A DNA stretch of 64,000 bases from an uncultured Acidobacteriaceae bacterium (GCA_964514735.1 CAZETZ010000006.1:5467-69466), one strand, 5' to 3'. Shown: positions 17,125-25,800, counted from the stretch's first letter. The notes: generated from the letters alone by a model not told the origin. Numbers and translations are program-made.

Positions 17125-17867
17125 GAAAATTTTCCAAGTGGGCGCGCGTAGTGACGCTGGCAACCCTCTGGCTCCACGCCCCGTGTCTGTGGGCAGCCCG
17201 GCAGAAAGCCGGTGGCCTGCCCTGGACGGCCGGCGGCGCCAGTGGCTCGGTGCCGTGGAACATTGTTGTGCTGCTGACGCTGTTGACGGTGCTGCCGGCG
17301 CTGCTGCTGTCCATGACTCCGTTTGCCCGCTTGCTGGTGGTGTTTCACTTTTTGCGGCAGGCCCTGGGCACGCAGACCACTCCCAGCAATCAGACGCTGA
17401 TCGGCCTTTCCTTGATCCTCACTTTTTTTCTCATGCAGCCGGTGGGGGCGGCCATCGGGCAGGTTGCCATCGTTCCCTTTGAGCAAGGGCGGGTCGACGC
17501 GCTGGAGGCGGTGGAGCGCGGGGCCGGCCCGCTGCGGCAATTCATGTTGAAGTATGCGCGGGAAAAAGACCTGGCGTTGTTTCTGGAACTGGCCAGGGAA
17601 CCGCGGCCGGCCCGGCCGGAGGACGTGGCCATGCGGGTGGTGGTGCCGGCTTACATGCTGTCGGAGTTGCGCGCCGGCTTCCAGATCGGGGCGGCGCTGT
17701 ATCTGCCGTTTCTGGTGATCGACATGGTGGTGGCGGCGATTACCACTTCGATCGGCATGTTGCAGCTTCCGCCGGTGGTGATTTCGACGCCGCTGAAGTT
17801 GTTGCTGTTTGTCATGGTGGATGGGTGGAACCTGCTGGTGGGATCGCTGATGAAAAGTTTTGCCTGA
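17115..17867 (+). CDS. fliP: flagellar export apparatus protein FliP
   Basis: The start was taken at ATG 17115, which gives a signal-like N-terminus. Motifs are LLLSMTPFARLLVVFHFLRQALGTQTTPSNQ, ELRAGFQIGAALYLPFLVIDMVVA and LPPVVISTPLKLLLFV. Confidence 0.93.
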   Translation: MALRKFSKWARVVTLATLWLHAPCLWAARQKAGGLPWTAGGASGSVPWNIVVLLTLLTVLPALLLSMTPFARLLVVFHFLRQALGTQTTPSNQTLIGLSLILTFFLMQPVGAAIGQVAIVPFEQGRVDALEAVERGAGPLRQFMLKYAREKDLALFLELAREPRPARPEDVAMRVVVPAYMLSELRAGFQIGAALYLPFLVIDMVVAAITTSIGMLQLPPVVISTPLKLLLFVMVDGWNLLVGSLMKSFA

Positions 17868-17882
17868 GCGGGAGGTGCTCAC

Positions 17883-18152
17883 ATGTCGGCAGACCAAGTC
17901 GTGGAACTGGCGCGGCGGACGCTGGAAGTCGCGCTGTGGCTGGGCGCGCCGCTGCTGGTGATCGCCACCCTGGTCAGTGTGGGGATCAATATTGTGCAGG
18001 TCTTGACTTCGTTGCAGGAGTCCACGCTGTCGACGGTGCCGCGCCTGGCCGCGGTGGCGGTGGCCCTGTTTCTCCTGTTGCCGTGGATGGTGCGGCGGCT
18101 GGGGATGTTTACCGTGGCGCTGTTCTCCGACTTTCATCCGTTCGTGCGTTAG
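17883..18152 (+). CDS. fliQ: flagellar export apparatus protein FliQ
   Basis: 89 aa with two TM segments. Motif: GAPLLVIATLVSVGINIVQVLTSLQESTLSTVPRL. Confidence 0.93.
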   Translation: MSADQVVELARRTLEVALWLGAPLLVIATLVSVGINIVQVLTSLQESTLSTVPRLAAVAVALFLLLPWMVRRLGMFTVALFSDFHPFVR

Positions 18153-18160
18153 GGGAAGCC

Positions 18161-18931
18161 ATGGCCGCGCTGCAGCTCGATCAGGTGCTGGCAGCAATTG
18201 TCTTTGTGGGAGTGCGAATCGGCGGCGTGATGCTGTTTCCGCCGTTTTTGAACAGCGGCGGAATTCCTCTGCCCATGAAAGCCGGGCTGACGCTGGCGTT
18301 GACCGGGTTGTTGTTTCCCGTGGCCGGAGTGGTGGCGATCGCAAGCGATGCCATGGGTTGGGTGCGGGTGGTGGGAAGCGAGATGGTGATCGGATTGATG
18401 CTGGGCCTGGTCCTGCAAATGGTCTTCGAGGCGGCGCAGTTTGCCGGACAAGTGGTCGGTGTCCAGACCGGGTTTTCCTTGATTACCCTGCTCGATCCCC
18501 AGACCCAGGCGGATACGCCGGTGCTGTCCATCTTTCACCAACTGATCGTGCTGCTGATTTTTTTTCAGTTGAATGTGCATCACTGGCTGTTGCGCGGGCT
18601 GGCGGCGAGTTTCCGCTATCTGCCGCCCGGGGCGCCGCTGACCCGCCCCCTGGCGGGCGTCGTCCTGCTGCAGGCGGCAGGCAGCATTTTCCTGATCGGT
18701 GTCGAGATCGCGGCCCCGGTCATCGTGGCCACGGTGATCGCGGACATCGCGTTGGGATTTGTGGGAAAGGCGTCTCCGCAATTACCGGTGGTGCTGGTGG
18801 GGCTCTCGGTCAAAAACATTTTGGGGCTGGCGGTGCTGGCGGCGTCTTTGACTTGGTGGCCGGGGATCTTCGAACACCATTTCGCCTCCGCTATCGCTTT
18901 GGGAGAACGGCTGCTGCATTACGCGAGGTAA
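18161..18931 (+). CDS. fliR: flagellar export apparatus protein FliR
   Basis: The start was taken at ATG 18161 (MAALQLDQVLA...). It is a polytopic membrane protein with the motif FAGQVVGVQTGFSLITLLDPQ. Synteny fliPQR fits. Confidence 0.9.
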   Translation: MAALQLDQVLAAIVFVGVRIGGVMLFPPFLNSGGIPLPMKAGLTLALTGLLFPVAGVVAIASDAMGWVRVVGSEMVIGLMLGLVLQMVFEAAQFAGQVVGVQTGFSLITLLDPQTQADTPVLSIFHQLIVLLIFFQLNVHHWLLRGLAASFRYLPPGAPLTRPLAGVVLLQAAGSIFLIGVEIAAPVIVATVIADIALGFVGKASPQLPVVLVGLSVKNILGLAVLAASLTWWPGIFEHHFASAIALGERLLHYAR

Positions 18932-18937
18932 AGCAGG

Positions 18938-20011
18938 GTGCCAGAGAGTAACCGGACAGAAAAACCGACACCGCGACGGCGGCAGAAAGCGCGGGAGAAA
19001 GGGCAGGTCGCGCGCAGCCGCGACCTGATCAGCAGTTGCGCCGCCATGTCCGGGTTGCTGGTGCTGGCGGCCCAGGTCCCCGCCTTTGCCGGCCGCTGGC
19101 GCATGTTGCTGGCGCGCGCCCTGGCCGGGGCCCCGGCGCTGGAGATGGGAAGCACTGCCTCGCTGCTGAATTGGGGTGGTTCCCTGATGTTGCAGACAGC
19201 GGGACTGGTATTGCTGTTGAGCTGGGTAACGGCCATGGCTGCGGCCCTGGCCCAAGGCGGGCTGGTGTTTGCGCCGGCGGCGCTGCAACCCAGCTTTGCC
19301 CGGCTCAGCCCGGCGGCGCGGGTGGAGCAATTGTTTTCTCTTCCCGCCGTGGGACGCATGTTGAAGTCGCTGCTGCCGGTGGCCGCGATTGTGTTTCTGT
19401 CGGTCACGCTGCTGATGCGGGATTGGGGAGCGCTGCCTGGGTTGCTGCACCGCAACGCGCGCGGGTTGGCCGGGTTTGGACTGGGCCGCATGTTCGAGAT
19501 CGCCTGGAAAGCGGCGCTGGTGCTGCTGCTCTGGTCGGGGGTGGACTATCTGCTGGAGCGGCAAAAAATCGAAGGCGACCTGCGCATGAGCCGCCAGGAG
19601 CTGGCCGATGAGTACAAGGAAATCGAGGGACACCCGGCGATCAAGGGCCGCATCCGCCGCCTGCAACGGCAGATGCGCAAGCGGCGCATGCTCGAGGAAG
19701 TAAAAAAAGCTTCGGTGGTGATCACCAACCCCACCGAGTATGCCGTGGCGCTCGAGTATGGGCCTCTGCTTCCGGCCCCGAGGGTGGTGGCCAAAGGCCG
19801 CAATCTGGTGGCGCAGCAGATCAAAGAAATTGCCCGCTGGCAGGGCATTCCGTTGGTCGAGAACCCGCCGCTGGCCCATGCTTTGTATCGTGCCGTGGAA
19901 GTGGGCCAGGCGATCCCGCCCAAGCTGTACGCCGTGGTGGCGGGGATTCTGGCGGCAATTTTCCGCGCCCAGGAGCGCGCCGCAAAAACCGCCGCAGGAG
20001 GGGGACGCTAG
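18938..20011 (+). CDS. flhB: flagellar export switch protein FlhB
   Basis: The N-terminus reads NRTEKPTPRRRQKAREKGQVARSRDL. It has four TM segments. The autocleavage region reads VVITNPTEYAVALEY. Confidence 0.93.
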   Translation: MPESNRTEKPTPRRRQKAREKGQVARSRDLISSCAAMSGLLVLAAQVPAFAGRWRMLLARALAGAPALEMGSTASLLNWGGSLMLQTAGLVLLLSWVTAMAAALAQGGLVFAPAALQPSFARLSPAARVEQLFSLPAVGRMLKSLLPVAAIVFLSVTLLMRDWGALPGLLHRNARGLAGFGLGRMFEIAWKAALVLLLWSGVDYLLERQKIEGDLRMSRQELADEYKEIEGHPAIKGRIRRLQRQMRKRRMLEEVKKASVVITNPTEYAVALEYGPLLPAPRVVAKGRNLVAQQIKEIARWQGIPLVENPPLAHALYRAVEVGQAIPPKLYAVVAGILAAIFRAQERAAKTAAGGGR

Positions 20012-20014
20012 CCG

Positions 20015-22084
20015 ATGGCCGAGAACTCAATCTCGCTCCCCAACGCGCGCGGCGCGGCCGAGTGGGCCGTCCCCATCGGCGCGGTGAGCCTGGTATTCGT
20101 GATGCTGGTGCCGGTACCGGGGTTCCTGCTCGACCTGCTGCTGGCGACCAGCATCACGGCATCGGTCCTGGTGCTGCTTTCGGCCATCAACATTCTGCGC
20201 CCGGCGCAGTTCTCCGTGTTTCCCAGCTTGTTGCTGCTGCTCACCTTGTTCCGGCTCTCGCTCAACCTGGCTTCCAGCCGCCGCATTCTATTGCACGGTA
20301 ATGAAGGCGCAGGCGCGGCCGGGCATGTGATTGAGGCCTTCGGACAATTTGTGGTCGGCGGCAACTACGTGGTTGGCTTTGTGCTGTTTGTGGCCCTGAT
20401 TGCCATCCAGTACATCGTGGTCAGCCACGGCGCAGTGCGCACCGCCGAGGTCACGGCGCGCTTCACCCTCGATGCTCTGCCCGGCAAGCAGATGGCGATT
20501 GACGCCGACCTCAATGCCGGGCTGATTGATGAAGCCGCGGCGCGGGCGCGGCGAGAGCAAATCGCCCGCGAAGCGGAGTTCTATGGGGCGATGGACGGCG
20601 CGGCGCGTTTCAACCAGCGCGATTCCCTCGCCACCATCCTGATTACCGCGGTCAACATCGTGGCCGGGTTCCTGATCGGCGTCTTTCAGTTGGACATTCC
20701 TCTTCGCGAAGCGCTGAAGACCTATACCGTGCTCACCGTGGGCGACGGACTGGTCACCATGATCCCCTCGCTGCTGGTTTCGATGGCCGGGGGCATGGTG
20801 GTGACCCGCGCCTCCTCCGACGTCGGCCTCTCCGGAGACCTGGGCAAGCAGCTGTTCTCCAAGCGCCGTCCGCTGTGGATCGCTTCGGCGGTGATGCTGG
20901 CGCTGGCCGCCATCCCCGGACTGCCCAAGTTTTCCTTCCTGCTGCTGGGAGCGGTGGTCGGCGTCCTGGCCTGGCGGGCCCCGAAAGCCGATGCCGAAAA
21001 ACCCGCGCCTGCTCCGGGCGCGCCCGGCGCCCCGGAGAAAAAGCCGCAGGAGTCGCTCGAAGAGCTGCTCAAGCTGGACGAGTTAAGTCTCGAGGTCGGT
21101 TACGCGCTGGTGCCGCTGGTGGACAACGCGCAAGGCGGACAGTTGCTGGCCCGGGTAAAGGCGCTGCGCAACAATCTGGCGCTGCAACTGGGCTTCATCG
21201 TGCCTCCAGTGCACATCACCGACAACCCGCGCTTGAAGCCGCGCGAGTACGTGATCTCCATGCGCGGGGTGGAAGTGGCGCGCTGGGAGATGGTTGAAGA
21301 CCACATGCTGGCCATTAGCTCGGAGGCATCTCCGCCACCGCTGGCCGGCGTGCCCACCCGCGAGCCTGCATTCGGCGTGGCCGCGCTGTGGATTGCTCCG
21401 GCGTTGCAGAACCAGGCCCTGGCCTCCGGATACGCGGTGGTGGACCAGACTTCCGTGCTCGCTACCCACCTAGCCGAGGTCATCAAGCAACATGCCGCGG
21501 AGTTGCTGACCCGGCAGGAATCCAAGCGGCTGCTCGACCGCCTGGCGGAGAGTCATCCCAAGCTGGTGGAGGAACTGGTGCCCAAGCTGCTTAGCCTGGG
21601 GGAAGTACAAAAAGTTTTGCAGCAGCTTTTGCGGGAGCAGGTTTCGGTGCGCGACCTGCCCACCATCCTCGAAGCCTTGCTCGATTCCGCCGTGGTCAAT
21701 AAACATCCGGTGGCCCTGGTCGAGGCGGTGCGCCAGGCCCTGGGCCGCGCTTTGGTGAAACCGCTGCTCGGAGACGACGGCGGGCTGAAAGTGATCACCC
21801 TCGACGGCGGGATCGAAGAAGAGTTGGGCAAGGCGTTCAATCCGCAGACCGCGGCCGGCGCCGCCGCCGGGTTGGGGCCGTCGTTTGTGCGGCGCGTGCT
21901 CGATGGGCTGCGGAGTTTGGCGGGCGAGCAAGTGGCGGTGACCAGTCCGGTGCTGCTGTGTCCGACCCCGGCGCGCTTTCATTTGAAGCGCTTGCTGGAG
22001 CCGTTTTTGCCCAAGTTAGTGGTGTTGTCGCCGGGCGAGATTCCGGCCGCGGTGCCGGTGCAGTCGGTGGGGACGGTGCGCTAA
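20015..22084 (+). CDS. flhA: flagellar export gate protein FlhA
   Basis: 689 aa. It carries the FHIPEP motifs GNYVVGFVLFVALIAIQYIVVSHGAVRTAEVTARFTLDALPGKQMAIDADL and a cytoplasmic C-terminal domain. Confidence 0.95.
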   Translation: MAENSISLPNARGAAEWAVPIGAVSLVFVMLVPVPGFLLDLLLATSITASVLVLLSAINILRPAQFSVFPSLLLLLTLFRLSLNLASSRRILLHGNEGAGAAGHVIEAFGQFVVGGNYVVGFVLFVALIAIQYIVVSHGAVRTAEVTARFTLDALPGKQMAIDADLNAGLIDEAAARARREQIAREAEFYGAMDGAARFNQRDSLATILITAVNIVAGFLIGVFQLDIPLREALKTYTVLTVGDGLVTMIPSLLVSMAGGMVVTRASSDVGLSGDLGKQLFSKRRPLWIASAVMLALAAIPGLPKFSFLLLGAVVGVLAWRAPKADAEKPAPAPGAPGAPEKKPQESLEELLKLDELSLEVGYALVPLVDNAQGGQLLARVKALRNNLALQLGFIVPPVHITDNPRLKPREYVISMRGVEVARWEMVEDHMLAISSEASPPPLAGVPTREPAFGVAALWIAPALQNQALASGYAVVDQTSVLATHLAEVIKQHAAELLTRQESKRLLDRLAESHPKLVEELVPKLLSLGEVQKVLQQLLREQVSVRDLPTILEALLDSAVVNKHPVALVEAVRQALGRALVKPLLGDDGGLKVITLDGGIEEELGKAFNPQTAAGAAAGLGPSFVRRVLDGLRSLAGEQVAVTSPVLLCPTPARFHLKRLLEPFLPKLVVLSPGEIPAAVPVQSVGTVR

Positions 22085-22189
22085 GCCGGTCGTTGGTCTC
22101 AAGTCGTTGGTTGTTGGCCCGGCATGTCAGCGCTCCCAACCGCGAAGACGAACGGCCAAAGACCAACGACAGTATTCATGACGGTGTTT

Positions 22190-22981
22190 ATGAGCGAAGC
22201 CAGCAAGAAAGCCTATACCTCGTGGCAGGACGAGCAGGAACGCGAGCGCCTGCTGATGGAGCAGCTCCCCCAGGTGCGCTACATCGCGCGCCGTATCCAT
22301 GAGCGCCTGCCGCGGCATGTGCCCTTTGAAGATCTGGTCCACGCGGGAGTAGTCGGACTAATCGATGCCCTGCACAAATTCGACCGCGGCAAGCACGTGC
22401 AGTTCGGCTCCTATGCCAAGTTCCGCATTCGCGGCGCCATTCTCGACAGCCTGCGGGAGATGGACTGGAGCCCGCGCGACCTGCGGCGCAAGGCGAGGCG
22501 GCTGGAAGAGGCGCACAACAAGTTGCGCTCGGAGCTGGGGCGCAATCCGAGCGAACCCGAGCTGGCGATCGAGCTGGGAATGGACTTGCGCGGGTTGCAG
22601 TTGCTACTGGGAGAAATTAACGGACTGGAGGTCGGCAGCCTGCGGGTGATCTCTCCTCAAGACGGGCGGGAAGAGGACCTGTGCGACTACCTGCCGGACC
22701 AGCCGGAGGAGACCCCGCTGTTGTTATGTCTGCGTTCGGAGATGAAGGGGCTGTTGGCCAAAGCCATCGCGGACTTGCCGGACAAGGAACGCCAGGTGCT
22801 CGCCTTGTACTACTACGAAGAGCTCACCATGAAAGAAGTAGGCACGGTGTTAGGGGTGGGCGAGTCCCGGGTCTCGCAGATTCATTCGATGGCATTGGTC
22901 CGCTTGCGGGCGCGCATGAGTGAACTCACGCAAAGCGGGCAGGTTGCGGAACGCGTCCAGGGCGCGGCGGGAGGAGTGTAG
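22190..22981 (+). CDS. fliA: flagellar sigma factor FliA (sigma-28)
   Basis: Region 2 reads FEDLVHAGVVGLIDALHKFDRGKHVQFGSYAKFRIRGAILDSLRE. Region 4 reads ERQVLALYYYEELTMKEVGTVLGVGESRVSQIHSMAL. ATG 22190 is preferred, and ATG 22178 or 22124 are possible alternatives. Confidence 0.88.
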   Translation: MSEASKKAYTSWQDEQERERLLMEQLPQVRYIARRIHERLPRHVPFEDLVHAGVVGLIDALHKFDRGKHVQFGSYAKFRIRGAILDSLREMDWSPRDLRRKARRLEEAHNKLRSELGRNPSEPELAIELGMDLRGLQLLLGEINGLEVGSLRVISPQDGREEDLCDYLPDQPEETPLLLCLRSEMKGLLAKAIADLPDKERQVLALYYYEELTMKEVGTVLGVGESRVSQIHSMALVRLRARMSELTQSGQVAERVQGAAGGV

Positions 22982-22983
22982 CC

Positions 22984-23970
22984 ATGGTGGAGAAGATACT
23001 GGACCAGGGGCAAATCGATGCCATGGTGCTGGCCGCGCGCGGCGGCGCCACGCCGGAGGAAAAAACCAAACAGAAAAAAGTCGTTCCCTGGGACGTTCGC
23101 CAAGCGGCGCAAATCGGCCGCGAGCAGATGCACGCCATCAGCCTGCTGCATGAAGGTTTTGCCCGCAATCTGACCAATTCGGTTGGGGCCTATCTGCGGA
23201 TTGGGTTCAACGCCGCCCTGGTGTCGGCGGAACATCTTTCGTTTTCGGAGTTCTTGCAGCGCATCCCCGAGATGACCTACCTGGCCTCGCTCAAGTTGGA
23301 ACCGATGGCGGCCGTCGGGCTGCTGCAACTGGATCTGTCCGTGGCCTTTCCTTTGATTGACGTTCTGCTGGGGGGCGAAGGCAAGGGCGCGCCCCCGGCG
23401 CGCGAGATCACCGAGATTGAAGAACAAATCATCGAAACCGTGGTGCGCATCATTTGCCGCGAGTTGCAGCTTGCCTGGCAGGCAATGACCCTGGAATTCG
23501 AGTTTGAACGCAGGCAGCAGCCGCAACAGGTGCAGCAACTGATGCCGGCGGAAGAGAAGACCCTGTCCATGAGCTTTGAGATCACGGTGGCGGAAAGCCG
23601 GGGGACCATGAACCTGGTGGTGCCGGCCGTGGTCTCCAATGCTCTGTTACGCAAGCTTTCGGTGGGATGGGCGACGGCCAAGCGCAAGGCGCGGACCGAT
23701 TCCAGCCACCGTTTGCAGGACCGCATGTTGGGATGCGCGTTCCAGGCGGAGTTGTGCATGAATTCGGTCACAGTGCCGCTGCGTGAACTGTCCGGACTGG
23801 GACCAGGCGACTTGCTGGTGTTGCGGCGGCGGATTGAGTTGGCCGGAGATCTGGTGATTGGCGGCCAGGACATGTTTCAAGCCACCGTGGCGCGACGCGG
23901 GCCACAGCGGGCGGCCCAATTGCTGGGACGTTGTGCTCCGCCAGAATCCGCAAGGAAACATACCCCATGA
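22984..23970 (+). CDS. fliM: flagellar motor switch protein FliM
   Basis: The N-terminal CheY-P-binding-like peptide is ILDQGQIDAMV. The middle domain is CheC-like (LLQLDLSVAFPLIDVLLGG) and the C-terminus is SpoA-like. Confidence 0.88.
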   Translation: MVEKILDQGQIDAMVLAARGGATPEEKTKQKKVVPWDVRQAAQIGREQMHAISLLHEGFARNLTNSVGAYLRIGFNAALVSAEHLSFSEFLQRIPEMTYLASLKLEPMAAVGLLQLDLSVAFPLIDVLLGGEGKGAPPAREITEIEEQIIETVVRIICRELQLAWQAMTLEFEFERRQQPQQVQQLMPAEEKTLSMSFEITVAESRGTMNLVVPAVVSNALLRKLSVGWATAKRKARTDSSHRLQDRMLGCAFQAELCMNSVTVPLRELSGLGPGDLLVLRRRIELAGDLVIGGQDMFQATVARRGPQRAAQLLGRCAPPESARKHTP

Positions 23971-24833
23971 GTGCCTCCGATCCAGCCCCGCTGTTGGCCG
24001 AAGCCAGGGCTTACATGGAGCGCTGGGCCGGGAGTATGGCCCAGGTGCTCGGCCAGATCGCCGGCGCGGCCTTCGCCATCGAATCGACCGAAGCCGGGCC
24101 ACCGGATGCGGTGCCGCCCCACGACTCCGACCTGCACGCGCTGGTGGTTTCTTCGGGCACCCTGCGTGGAGAGCTGAGCCTCCGCTTTCCCAAGTCAGTC
24201 GCCCTCGGCCTGGCGCAGTTGTTATTGGGAGAGGCGCAGAATCCGGCCGCGGAGTTTACTTCCGAATACCGGGAAGCGGCGGAAGAATTGCTGCGGCAGA
24301 TTGCCGGCCATGCCTCCACTTCCTTGAAGGAACGATGGGGAGAAGTGCAGTTACGGATCGAAACCGGCAATCCCCCATCGTGGCCCCCGGGGGCCAGCGC
24401 GTGGATGAGTTCGGCCGCGGACACGCCGTTTCGGGTGTGGGCGGAGTGGCAATTGAGCGCGGCCCTGATCGCTGCCTTGCGTATGGCTGAAGCTAAGGCG
24501 CAGGTGCTGGCCAATGCGCAGGCCCAGCTCCCAGCGCCCGGAGCCGAGGACCCATCCCCGGCCCCGCCGCCGGGGAAGACGGCTGCCGCGGGGATGATCG
24601 GCAAGTTCATGGACGTGGAACTGGCCGTGACTTTGCGTTTTGGCGGACGGCGTATGCCGCTGCGGGAAGTTTTGGAATTGAATAGCGGCTCGGTGGTGGA
24701 GCTTGACCGGCAGGTGCAGGACCCGGCAGACCTGTTGCTCGACGGACGAGTCATCGCCCGCGGCGAAGTGGTGGTGGTGGACGGAAACTATGGTCTGCGC
24801 GTGCTCGAACTGGTGCCGCGGTCGGACCCCTAG
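23967..24833 (+). CDS. FliY-like long FliN paralogue (CheC-like N-domain without the phosphatase motif + SpoA domain)
   Basis: ATGA overlap with fliM. The C-terminal SpoA domain reads MDVELAVTLRFGGRRMPLREVLELNSGSVVELDRQVQDPADLLLDGRVIARGEVVVVDGNYGLRVLEL. I see no ExxN...P phosphatase motif in the N-terminal part. Confidence 0.8.
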   Translation: MSASDPAPLLAEARAYMERWAGSMAQVLGQIAGAAFAIESTEAGPPDAVPPHDSDLHALVVSSGTLRGELSLRFPKSVALGLAQLLLGEAQNPAAEFTSEYREAAEELLRQIAGHASTSLKERWGEVQLRIETGNPPSWPPGASAWMSSAADTPFRVWAEWQLSAALIAALRMAEAKAQVLANAQAQLPAPGAEDPSPAPPPGKTAAAGMIGKFMDVELAVTLRFGGRRMPLREVLELNSGSVVELDRQVQDPADLLLDGRVIARGEVVVVDGNYGLRVLELVPRSDP

Positions 24834-24842
24834 GGGCGGTCG

Positions 24843-25754
24843 ATGCGTATTTGGAATTGGGTCTCTGAAACCTGGCGGGCATGGGAGTCCACGCTGCCCC
24901 ATTGCGCGGAAGCCGGTTGCAGGGCAGGCAGCAAGCTTGGCCTACGCCGTGCCGGGCTGGAGTTACAAGGCCGGTGGTATTGCTCGCCGCAATGCGTAGA
25001 GAAGGCGGTGCGGCGCTATTTCATGCGCTCGGCGGTGGCCGTGCTGCCGACCCCGCGCGCACAGCACCGTATCCCGCTGGGGTTGTTGATGCTCTCGCGC
25101 GGAGAGCTGGAAAATTCCCAATTGCGTTCCGCGCTGGCCGCCCAGCGTTCTGACGGCGGGGGCAGGATCGGGGAGTGGCTGGTGAAGCTTGGCTACGCCA
25201 CCGAACCGCAAATTACAACTGCGTTGGGCCTGCAGTGGGCCTGTCCTGTAGTGCCCCCACCGCTGGCACGGGGCGATCTGGAAAGCGCCGGGTTGCTGCC
25301 CTACCGGCTGATGCAGCAGTTCCGCATGCTGCCGATTTATTTTTCCCGCGCCAACCGGGTGATTTATGTGGCCTTCTCCGAAAGCGTCGACTACACCGCG
25401 CTCTATGCCATTGAACAGATGTTGGAGTGCCGCAGCGAAGCTTGCGTAACCGGCAGTTGCGCCATGTCGCAGGCACTGGAAACTCTGGGCCGGGCCCGCC
25501 GTTCCGGAGAGCTCCTTTTTGAAGGATGGCGCAGCGTCGAAGAGATGGCGCGGACCACCTGTGGCTGCATGTTGAAAATGGGCGCCCGCACCATCCGGAC
25601 AGTGGCCTGCGGCGCCTACATTTGGGTGCGGCTTAAAGCAAACGACGAGCAGGTCGATCTCTTATTCCGGCGTACGGAAGCGCAACCCGGCGGGGTAGAG
25701 GCCGGGCAAGATGAGAAACCGCTCATACCTGCCCGCCCGAGCCGGGTCTCGTAA
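24843..25754 (+). CDS. Cys-motif (TRASH-like) + T2SSE_N/MshEN-like domain protein, putative c-di-GMP receptor
   Basis: The N-terminus reads HCAEAGC...WYCSPQCVEKAVRRYF. A tandem 24-aa motif follows: PLGLLMLSRGELENSQLRSALAAQ, spacer RSDGGG, then RIGEWLVKLGYATEPQITTALGLQ. After it comes a GspE-N-like region, LLPYRLMQQFRMLPIYFSRANRVIYVAFSESVDYTALYAIEQML. Confidence 0.65.
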   Translation: MRIWNWVSETWRAWESTLPHCAEAGCRAGSKLGLRRAGLELQGRWYCSPQCVEKAVRRYFMRSAVAVLPTPRAQHRIPLGLLMLSRGELENSQLRSALAAQRSDGGGRIGEWLVKLGYATEPQITTALGLQWACPVVPPPLARGDLESAGLLPYRLMQQFRMLPIYFSRANRVIYVAFSESVDYTALYAIEQMLECRSEACVTGSCAMSQALETLGRARRSGELLFEGWRSVEEMARTTCGCMLKMGARTIRTVACGAYIWVRLKANDEQVDLLFRRTEAQPGGVEAGQDEKPLIPARPSRVS

Positions 25755-25773
25755 ACTGTTTTCTTCCCAGCGG

Positions 25774-25800
25774 TAAAGTCTCGGTCCATGACGCCGATAG
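25774..25800 (+). promoter_or_regulatory. sigma-28 (FliA) promoter TAAA-N15-GCCGATAG upstream of cheY
   Basis: taaa at 25774-25777, an exactly 15-nt spacer, then gccgatag at 25793-25800. It is intergenic, about 100 nt before the cheY ATG. Confidence 0.65.

Noticed and set aside
22124-22189. ATG 22124 as the fliA start.
   Set aside because: It lies inside the loop of the CGTTGG inverted repeat and adds an atypical 22-aa N-terminus. A start at 22178 or 22190 fits sigma-28 N-termini better. The question is not resolved without experiment.
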